From NCBI GenBank assembly GCA_903861305.1, contig CAIOTT010000049.1, positions 88,246 to 152,245 on the forward strand: a stretch of 64,000 bases of DNA. Direction: 5' to 3'. The DNA comes from Candidatus Omnitrophota bacterium (lineage in GTDB: Bacteria > Omnitrophota > Gorgyraeia > Zapsychrales > Fredricksoniimonadaceae). This document shows, piece after piece, positions 56,954-64,000 of the stretch (positions are counted from its first letter, which is position 1; each line of letters opens with the position of its first letter). A program made the position numbers and the translations under genes. The notes beneath the pieces are model-generated. The model was not told the DNA's origin, made no database searches, and saw nothing but the letters and a program-made list of their open reading frames with translations.

Positions 56954-58452
56954 ACCCTGTCCGCATCCTTTCAGGCGTTGTGGCCATAGCGGTGTTCCTT
57001 GCCATGACACATTCATTTTCATTCGCCCAGGAAAACATTAAGGAAGCCAGGCTGGCCGGGAGTTGGTATCCCGGGACCCGTGCTGAACTCACACGGATGC
57101 TGGACGTGTTCTTTGCGGGTGTTGGCGACCCGGGTACGTCCGGTGCTGTCGACATCGGGGTGATCGTGTCGCCTCATGCGGGGTATCCTTTTTCCGGTCC
57201 GGTAGCGGCTTATGGGTTCAAGGCTGTCCAGTCAAAAAATGTTTCTACCGTTATTATCCTCGCGCCAACGCATCATTTTGCCTTCCAGGGAGCGGCGATC
57301 TGGCCCGAGGGCGCTTTTACCACGCCCCTGGGCACCGTGGCCGTGGATAAGGAGCTCGCCGATAAAGTCATCGCGGCCGACAAGCTTTTTAGTTTTCGCA
57401 GGGATATTTTTGAAGGGAAGCCGGGCCAGCCTGAGAATTCAGTTGAAACCCAGATCCCTTTCATCCAAAGGGCTTTTCCCCAGGCGAAGATCGTGCCCAT
57501 TATCATGGGGTATCCGCCGGACCCCCGGGTGATCGAAGCTACGGCGGCCGCCCTTGTCAAGGCCGTCGGTGACAGGGAGGATGTCCTGGTGGATGTGAGC
57601 GTCGACCAGTCGCATTTTCATCCGCTGGCGCAGGCCAACAGCATTGATAAGGCGGGGCTTGATGCCATTGAGAAATTCGATATCCAGGGGCTGTGGGATG
57701 GCCATGCCGCCGGCCGGATGGAGGTGGATGGGTTCCATGTGGTCACAGCGGCCATGATCTATGCCAGGGCCAGGGGGTATTCCAGCGCGAAGGTCCTGCG
57801 GCACGCCACATCAGCGGATGTCACGGCGGATGCCTCAAGCGTTGTCGGGTACGCGTCGATAATTTTTTTCAGGAAGCTTGAAAGACCCCAGGGCGTTGCG
57901 CCCTTGACAGCGGCGCATAAAGAACGCCTGCTCGCGATCGCCCGCGCAAGCGTGGATGCATTCGTGAAGACGGGCAAAGCCCCGGCTGTTGATGAGAAAG
58001 ATGCCCGTCTTCTTGAGGAAGAGGGGGCGTTCGTGACGTTGAAAAAACAGGGCAGCCTGCGCGGATGCATCGGCAATATTATCGGGCAGGGCCCTTTGTT
58101 CATGACGGTGCGTGATATGGCGGTGGCCGCGGCGAGCGAAGACCCGCGTTTTTCGCCCGTTAGTCCTGCCGAGTTGAAGGATGTCGATGTTGAGGTGTCG
58201 GTCCTTTCAAAACCGCGTGCTGTAAAGAACGCAGGGGAGATCATCATGGGCACGCATGGCGTTATCGTGCGCCGCGGGGCCAGGGGCGGTGTTTTCCTGC
58301 CCCAGGTGGCCACGGAAACGGGGTGGAGCAAGGAGCGATTTTTGTCGGAGCTATGTTCCCAGAAAGCCGGTTTACCGCCCGATTGCTGGCAGGATCCCGC
58401 GACGACGCTTGAAGTTTTTACGGCTGAAGTATTCGGAGAGAAGGAGAAATAG
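56950..58452 (+). CDS. Fusion of Memo-like (AmmeMemoRadiSam system protein B) and AMMECR1 (system protein A) domains, with an N-terminal signal peptide
   Basis: Signal peptide MNPVRILSGVVAIAVFLAMTHSFSFAQE. The Memo region has SPHAGYPFSGPVAAYGF. The AMMECR1 region has GAFVTLKKQGSLRGCIGNI. Confidence 0.75.
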   Translation: MNPVRILSGVVAIAVFLAMTHSFSFAQENIKEARLAGSWYPGTRAELTRMLDVFFAGVGDPGTSGAVDIGVIVSPHAGYPFSGPVAAYGFKAVQSKNVSTVIILAPTHHFAFQGAAIWPEGAFTTPLGTVAVDKELADKVIAADKLFSFRRDIFEGKPGQPENSVETQIPFIQRAFPQAKIVPIIMGYPPDPRVIEATAAALVKAVGDREDVLVDVSVDQSHFHPLAQANSIDKAGLDAIEKFDIQGLWDGHAAGRMEVDGFHVVTAAMIYARARGYSSAKVLRHATSADVTADASSVVGYASIIFFRKLERPQGVAPLTAAHKERLLAIARASVDAFVKTGKAPAVDEKDARLLEEEGAFVTLKKQGSLRGCIGNIIGQGPLFMTVRDMAVAAASEDPRFSPVSPAELKDVDVEVSVLSKPRAVKNAGEIIMGTHGVIVRRGARGGVFLPQVATETGWSKERFLSELCSQKAGLPPDCWQDPATTLEVFTAEVFGEKEK

Positions 58453-58453
58453 A

Positions 58454-58708
58454 ATGACAGGCAAGGCGAAACGAGAAAAAAGAAAGATCTTCAAGGAACA
58501 GGAACAGCAGGACAAAGGACAGAAAAAACCTCTTTTGTCCGATCGGCAAAAACGAGCGCTGCTTATTGTTCTGGTTGTCCTTTTATTCACCGTCCCTGTG
58601 GCGGATATCCTGCGTTGCAAGGCGGCTTGCATGAAGCGCGTCAAAACGCCTTATCCGGAGATCGCCTGCCGGTACGAATGTCCCTGGCCGTGGCAGAAAA
58701 GTGAATGA
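58454..58708 (+). CDS. Small basic membrane-anchored Cys-rich protein (hypothetical)
   Basis: 84 aa: MTGKAKREKRK..., TM helix ALLIVLVVLLFTVPV, then CKAACMKRVKTPYPEIACRYECPWPWQ. An AAGGAG RBS lies at 58441. Confidence 0.4.
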   Translation: MTGKAKREKRKIFKEQEQQDKGQKKPLLSDRQKRALLIVLVVLLFTVPVADILRCKAACMKRVKTPYPEIACRYECPWPWQKSE

Positions 58709-59820
58709 GAACGTCTGTTGAAGCCCGCACGATCTGGATCTGTTCGTTCCTGATCATGGCCGCCGGGTTATTCACCCTTTACAGCGCCTCTTACGATAAT
58801 CTGCGCGTCAAAGGTCAGGTTTTTTATGATCAACTGGGATGCGCGGTCTTTGCCCTTGCGGTGATGTTCGTTCTCAGCCGCATCAATTACCGGGCATTTT
58901 ATGATGCCGCGTATCCGTTGTATTTCATCAGCGTCTTGTTGCTTGTTTTTGTCCTTGTGGCTGGCCGGTCCGCGCTTGGTGCCACCCGCTGGTTCAATGT
59001 GGCCGGCATTTCCTTCCAGCCGTCCGAACTTTCCAAGATCGCCGTCATTCTCATGCTCGGCCGATATTTCAGCAAACGCAATCCAAAGCTTTCGTTCGAT
59101 ATCCGCAGCTCTTTTTATGCGCTGGGGAGGGACCTGTTGTATCCGTTCTTTCTCGTGCTGTTGAGCCTCGTGTTCATTTTTAAACAGCCTGATCTTGGTA
59201 CGGCTATTTTGGTGTATGGGATATTCCTGGTCATGCTGTTTGCCAGCGGCCTCGATTGGAAGCCCTTCGCCTGCCTTTTGGGTGTGAGTGTCCTCATGGT
59301 GCCATTGGCCTGGAGTTTTTTATTGAAGTCTTACCAGAAAGACAGGCTTCTCGTTTTTTTAAATCCTAATATCGACCCTTTGGGGGCGGGTTATACCATT
59401 ATCCAGTCAAGGATCGCCATTGGTTCAGGACAGCTGTTTGGTAAAGGATGGCTGGCCGGGACCCAAAATCAGCTTAACTTCCTGCCAGAGCGCCACACAG
59501 ACTTTATTTTTGCGGTGATCGGCGAAGAGTGGGGTTTCGTCGGAGCAGCCCTGCTTTTGGGGTGTTATTTCATGCTTATTTACACGTCCATATTGGTCGC
59601 CGGGCGCATCAAGGACAAGTTCGGTTATCTTGTTGCCGTGGGTATTGTTTCGATCCTGGCGCTCCAGGTGGTCATCAATATGAGCATGACCATGGGGCTA
59701 AGCCCGGTTGTTGGCATCACCCTGCCCCTGATCAGCTATGGCAGGACATCGTTCCTTGTATTTGCGATCATGATAGGCTTCCTCCTGAACCTTTGTCATC
59801 AGCGGCGTTCTACGTTGTGA
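58705..59820 (+). CDS. rodA: FtsW/RodA/SpoVE family peptidoglycan glycosyltransferase (SEDS protein)
   Basis: Ten TM helices. Contains FQPSELSKIAVIL and IQSRIAIGSGQLFGKG. Confidence 0.85.
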   Translation: MRTSVEARTIWICSFLIMAAGLFTLYSASYDNLRVKGQVFYDQLGCAVFALAVMFVLSRINYRAFYDAAYPLYFISVLLLVFVLVAGRSALGATRWFNVAGISFQPSELSKIAVILMLGRYFSKRNPKLSFDIRSSFYALGRDLLYPFFLVLLSLVFIFKQPDLGTAILVYGIFLVMLFASGLDWKPFACLLGVSVLMVPLAWSFLLKSYQKDRLLVFLNPNIDPLGAGYTIIQSRIAIGSGQLFGKGWLAGTQNQLNFLPERHTDFIFAVIGEEWGFVGAALLLGCYFMLIYTSILVAGRIKDKFGYLVAVGIVSILALQVVINMSMTMGLSPVVGITLPLISYGRTSFLVFAIMIGFLLNLCHQRRSTL

Positions 59821-59928
59821 CGGGGTGGTCTTCCGGCAGTGTTTTTATCCAATAATTCGGCAAAAAAAGTTCACTTTTAGAGTATAGATGATATAGTAAA
59901 ATAATCACTATTAACTTATATTTAATAT

Positions 59929-60378
59929 ATGCGATTTGAACGGGCTTCCAATAAACAGTTAGGCGAACTTCTTGTTGAGCGCGGTGTTATCACGCGCGCT
60001 CAGCTTGACAGCGCACTTGAATATCAGAAGAGCCACAAGGGAATTCTGGTGGGCGAAGCTTTGGTCGATCTCGGCGTCGCTACAGAAGAAGATATCGCCC
60101 AGGCGCTGACCTGCCAGTACGGGTTCCCCTACCTTCCGCTTGCCAATTACGAGGTTGACAAGGAGGTGCTCTCGTCTGTTCCGGGTAATATCTGTGAGCA
60201 GTTCTGCCTTGTTCCCATTGATAAGATCGGCAAGAACATAACGCTGGCCATGTCCAATCCGCTCAATGTCAAGGCGGTGGAGAGCGTTGAGCTTTTGTCC
60301 GGATGTTCCGTACAGACTTTTGTGAGTACGGCGGGGGATATCCGCAATGCTATCAAGAGGTATTACGGTTCCACGTAA
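59929..60378 (+). CDS. Stand-alone MshEN / T2SS-E N-terminal domain protein (predicted c-di-GMP-binding)
   Basis: Two tandem 24-residue MshEN motifs: LGELLVERGVITRAQLDSALEYQ and VGEALVDLGVATEEDIAQALTCQ. These are followed by a GSPII_E_N-like alpha/beta domain. Confidence 0.7.
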   Translation: MRFERASNKQLGELLVERGVITRAQLDSALEYQKSHKGILVGEALVDLGVATEEDIAQALTCQYGFPYLPLANYEVDKEVLSSVPGNICEQFCLVPIDKIGKNITLAMSNPLNVKAVESVELLSGCSVQTFVSTAGDIRNAIKRYYGST

Positions 60379-62129
60379 TGGCAACGTTTAAAGAGCGCAT
60401 CAAGGATATCCTGTTGCGGGATAAGGTCCTTAAGCCCGGGGACCTTGACCGCGCGCTGGAAGAGCAGGCGGCTTCCGGCGGGGATCTCTCCAGGATCCTG
60501 GTCCGTATGGGCCTTATCGATGAAGACCAGCTTACGTTGCTGCTGAGCGAAGGCCTGCAGCTTCCCATCATCAATATCACCCGCTTCAAGGCCGATCCTG
60601 CGGTCGTAAAGATCGTCTCTCCGGATGTCATGAGAAAGTACCAGATATTCCCGATATCAAACATCGGGACCCATCTTGTCCTTGCCATGACAGACCCTCT
60701 CAATATTTTTGTCATCGACAATATCAAGGCCATGACAGGGTTGAATATCATTCCTGTGATCAGCCGTCCCAAGGATGTCCGTGATGCCATTGAACAGTTT
60801 GACGCGCCCAAACCCCAGGATTCTTTCGAAAAGATCAAGAAAGACATCAAGGATGCCGAAGAGCTTGAGCTGGTCGCTGAGGGTGTTGAAAAGATGGATA
60901 CGGCGCAGATCGAGCACCTGACGCAGGAGGCGCCCATCATCCGTTTGACCACCACGATCATCCGCCAGGCCGTTGCCTCCAAGGCGAGCGATGTCTTTAT
61001 CGAGCCCATGGAAAAATATCTTGGCATCCGTTACCGTGTGGACGGTGTCCTGCGCAAGATCGACCAGATGCCCAAAGCGCTGCATTTTCCCATTGTTTCA
61101 CGGATCAAGGTCATATCCAATCTGGACATTTCAGAACACCGTTTGCCCCAGGACGGGCGTTTCAAGATCGTTCTCGACGGTGGCGGCGAAGTCGATTTTC
61201 GCGTCAGCGTCCTTCCGACAGCCCATGGTGAAAAGATCGTCATGCGGGTACTCGACAAGAACCTGGACCGTGTGGATATTGACAGGATCGGTTTTGAGCA
61301 AGGCCCCCTGGCCCGCCTCAAGGAGGCGTGCACGCGCCCCCACGGGATGGTCCTGGTGTGCGGCCCGACGGGCAGCGGCAAGACGACGACACTGTATTCG
61401 GTCCTCAAATACATTGATTCTCCGGGCAAGAACATGGTCACCGTGGAAGATCCGGTAGAATACCAGATGAAGGGATTGAACCAGGTCAATATCCGTTTTG
61501 AGGTGGGGTTGACTTTTACATCGACGCTGCGCTCCATCCTGCGGCAGGACCCTGATGTGATCATGATCGGCGAGATCCGGGACACTGAAACGCTGGATAT
61601 CGCCGTCAAGGCGGCGCTGACCGGGCATTTGGTCCTCAGTTCGCTGCACACCACAACAGCGGCAGGGTCGATCGTGCGCATGGTCAATATGGGGATCGAG
61701 CCGTTCCTGATCTGTTCTTCGGTCAACTGCATTGTGGCCCAGCGCCTGTTGCGCAAGGTATGTCCGTCCTGCAAGGAAGAGGTCAAGATATTGCAGGTCC
61801 TTTATGACAAGCTTGAGATAGGGGCGACCATTCCCGGCAAGGATTTGACGTTCTTTCGCGGCAAGGGGTGTGCACGCTGCCTCGGGAGCGGCTACAGCGG
61901 GCGCGTGGGCATTAATGAGGTCCTGCCGTTGTCGAGTGCCGTGAAGAAGCTTATCCTGGGGCGTGTCGGGGAGATCGCGATCAAGGTGCAGGCACGGCGC
62001 GAAGGGATGATCACCATGAGAGAAGACGCGTTGATCAAGGCGGCAAATGGGATGACCAGCCTGGAGGAAGTGGTGCGCGTTACGGCCGCTGACGAGGCGC
62101 GAAGAGACGAGACACGGAGGCCAGGCTGA
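60378..62129 (+). CDS. GspE/PilB-family secretion/type IV pilus assembly ATPase (copy 1)
   Basis: Degenerate MshEN-like N-terminus. Walker A VCGPTGSGKTTTLYS. Asp and His boxes are present. A C-terminal tetracysteine CPSC...CARC is present. The ATG at 60378 overlaps the upstream stop. Confidence 0.9.
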   Translation: MATFKERIKDILLRDKVLKPGDLDRALEEQAASGGDLSRILVRMGLIDEDQLTLLLSEGLQLPIINITRFKADPAVVKIVSPDVMRKYQIFPISNIGTHLVLAMTDPLNIFVIDNIKAMTGLNIIPVISRPKDVRDAIEQFDAPKPQDSFEKIKKDIKDAEELELVAEGVEKMDTAQIEHLTQEAPIIRLTTTIIRQAVASKASDVFIEPMEKYLGIRYRVDGVLRKIDQMPKALHFPIVSRIKVISNLDISEHRLPQDGRFKIVLDGGGEVDFRVSVLPTAHGEKIVMRVLDKNLDRVDIDRIGFEQGPLARLKEACTRPHGMVLVCGPTGSGKTTTLYSVLKYIDSPGKNMVTVEDPVEYQMKGLNQVNIRFEVGLTFTSTLRSILRQDPDVIMIGEIRDTETLDIAVKAALTGHLVLSSLHTTTAAGSIVRMVNMGIEPFLICSSVNCIVAQRLLRKVCPSCKEEVKILQVLYDKLEIGATIPGKDLTFFRGKGCARCLGSGYSGRVGINEVLPLSSAVKKLILGRVGEIAIKVQARREGMITMREDALIKAANGMTSLEEVVRVTAADEARRDETRRPG

Positions 62130-63832
62130 TGCAGGCGATCCGTGAAAAAATAGTTGAGGCGTTGTTGCAGCGGCCCGGGGTGACCAAGGTTGAAGTGGAT
62201 GCCGCCATGGAAGTGCACCGCCAGGAGGGGGTGTCCATCGGCGAGGCGCTTGTGCGCAAGGGGCTTATCTCGGAGAAGGAGTTATTGCTGTTGCTTGTCA
62301 GGGAGCTGCATATCCCTTCGCTTGATCTGCGGCATTTCAAGGTGGACGAGAAATTGAGGGAGTTGATCCCGGAACGCATGGCGCGGCAATACCAGCTTGT
62401 GCCCATTGCCGCCCTGGGCAGCGGCGTCACGGTCGCGCTGTCAGACCCTTTCAATGTGTTCGCTGTTGATGACCTCAGGAGCCTTACGGGCAAGCGTATT
62501 GATATTGTGATGGGGGCCCATTCCCAGGTCCGTGAGGCCATTGATAAATTATATAACACATCCGCCCAGACCACGGTGGCCGAGATCAGCAAGGATTTTG
62601 ATGTCGGCGGCCTGGAGATCGTCGGTGACGTTGAGAATGAGCCCAATGCCGATGTGGACAGCAGCGGGCAGGCGCCGATCATCCGCATGGTCAACCTGGT
62701 CATCAAGGAAGCCCTGCGCCAGAGGGCTTCGGATATTCACATGGAGCCGACGGAGGGCGACATGCGGGTCCGCTACCGGATCGACGGGGTCCTCCAGGAC
62801 ATCCTGGATGTCCCCCGTGAAAGCCGCAGCGCCGTCGTGGTGCGCATCAAGATCATGGCGCGGATGGATATCACGATGAACCAGATCCCGCAGGACGGGC
62901 GGTTCAAAATGCGCGTCACGGGCAAGGAGGTGGATTTCAGGGTCTCGATCCTGCCCACCTGCCATGGGCCCAAGATCGTCATGCGTATCCTGGACAAGAG
63001 CGGGCTTTCCGTCGGGCTGGAGCATCTCGGGTTCTCGCCCCAGTCCGTGGCCATGATCAACGAGTACATGCTCAAGCCTTACGGCATGATCCTTGTGACG
63101 GGCCCGACGGGCAGCGGCAAGTCCACCACGCTTTATTCCATGATCAGCCGTCTGAATACGCCCGAAAAGAATATCATTACCGTCGAGGACCCTGTCGAAT
63201 ATCTTCTTGAAGGCTTGACCCAGATCGAGGTCAAGGCGGATATCGGGCTTACCTTTGCCGCGGGGTTGCGGTCCATCCTGCGCCAGAGCCCTGATATCGT
63301 GATGGTCGGCGAGATCCGCGATAATGAGACCGCTGATATCGCCATCAAGGCGTCGCTGACAGGCCAGCTGGTATTTTCGACCCTGCATACCAATGACGCT
63401 GCTGGTGCATTGACGCGCCTGGTCGACATGAACGTTGAGCCGTTCCTGGTGGCGTCGAGCCTTTTGATGGTGTGTGCCCAGCGCCTCGCGCGCAAGATCT
63501 GCCCGCACTGCAAGGAGGAGATCGAGATCCCGCCGGAGGCTATCGAACGGCTGCAGGGACACATTGACCTGAAGACAAAATTTTATGAGGGCCGCGGCTG
63601 CGAGCGCTGCCGTCAGACGGGTTATTTCGGACGTTTCGGATTGACGGAATTATTGATCGTCGATGACACCATCCGCAGCATGCTTCTGGAGGGAAAGATG
63701 TCGGATGATATCAAGAAGTATGCGCGCGAGACGCAGGGGATGCGGACGCTCTGGGATGACGCGATCGAACGCCTGGCCCAGGGGCAGACCACCATTGCCG
63801 AAGTTCTGCGGGTGGCGACATCCGAAGAATGA
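62129..63832 (+). CDS. GspE/PilB-family secretion/type IV pilus assembly ATPase (copy 2)
   Basis: The N-terminus has an MshEN-like motif IGEALVRKGLISEKELLLLL. Walker A VTGPTGSGKSTTLYS. A C-terminal tetracysteine CPHC...CERC is present. Confidence 0.9.
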   Translation: MQAIREKIVEALLQRPGVTKVEVDAAMEVHRQEGVSIGEALVRKGLISEKELLLLLVRELHIPSLDLRHFKVDEKLRELIPERMARQYQLVPIAALGSGVTVALSDPFNVFAVDDLRSLTGKRIDIVMGAHSQVREAIDKLYNTSAQTTVAEISKDFDVGGLEIVGDVENEPNADVDSSGQAPIIRMVNLVIKEALRQRASDIHMEPTEGDMRVRYRIDGVLQDILDVPRESRSAVVVRIKIMARMDITMNQIPQDGRFKMRVTGKEVDFRVSILPTCHGPKIVMRILDKSGLSVGLEHLGFSPQSVAMINEYMLKPYGMILVTGPTGSGKSTTLYSMISRLNTPEKNIITVEDPVEYLLEGLTQIEVKADIGLTFAAGLRSILRQSPDIVMVGEIRDNETADIAIKASLTGQLVFSTLHTNDAAGALTRLVDMNVEPFLVASSLLMVCAQRLARKICPHCKEEIEIPPEAIERLQGHIDLKTKFYEGRGCERCRQTGYFGRFGLTELLIVDDTIRSMLLEGKMSDDIKKYARETQGMRTLWDDAIERLAQGQTTIAEVLRVATSEE

Positions 63833-63949
63833 ATAATATTTTTTGTTTTCTTCTCCAGCGTGGTTTCTATATAATAAATATGAGGTCCGGTCCGAACCAC
63901 AATGCTGTGCCGTGACCGGCAGCTGTTCTGGCGTGAAAAGGGATATGTT

Positions 63950-64000
63950 ATGCAAAAACCCTGTGATGACCATCGGTTGATCGGCGAGATCCTCGTTGAA
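63950..64000 (+). CDS. Partial gene start: another MshEN/T2SS-E N-terminal domain protein (truncated by the window end)
   Basis: MQKPCDDHRLIGEILVE... matches the RLGExLV start of the MshEN motif. Confidence 0.35.
   Translation, partial: MQKPCDDHRLIGEILVE

Overview
This 64 kb window is GC-rich bacterial DNA in which every supportable gene lies on the + strand. It looks like a strongly strand-biased, largely housekeeping stretch of an uncultivated-type genome, but I cannot place it taxonomically from sequence alone. TGA is used as an ordinary stop codon.

The recognisable core genes, in order, are:
- an EPS/O-antigen-type pair (polyprenyl-phosphate sugar transferase, O-antigen-ligase-like protein)
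- pgk-tpiA-secG
- a five-gene Opp/Dpp-type peptide ABC transporter
- a polytopic membrane/TPR protein, then glgC
- a small HTH gene, then smc
- cvpA-dnaG-rpoD
- tRNA-Met(CAT) and tRNA-Val(CAC)
- a COG1579 zinc-ribbon protein, rnhA, an RNase P RNA (rnpB) that overlaps the rnhA 3' end, then yebC, ruvC, ruvA, scpB
- pheA-hisC-tyrA-cmk, then lepA-lepB, then pgsA-plsY
- pfkB, a DEDDh exonuclease module, and SPOR/LpoB-like cell-wall genes
- two CheY receivers, then DsbA and DoxX
- a signal-peptide-bearing Memo+AMMECR1 fusion, then rodA
- a c-di-GMP-type MshEN domain protein next to two tandem PilB/GspE ATPases

The most unusual content is a four-member paralogous family of very large predicted secreted proteins, at 2950-6390, 25721-27808, 40823-46642 and 46658-50269. 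All four share an N-terminal domain of about 330 aa that I cannot assign to any known family, and a C-terminal domain of about 70 aa. Their central regions are completely different: one has tandem GNHS...LRLxGL repeats, one a P-loop kinase-like module, one is a 1939-aa giant with internal repeats, and one carries an intact alpha-D-phosphohexomutase domain. These central cassettes are visibly lower in GC than the conserved ends and than the host genes. One member is split by a single in-frame TGA.
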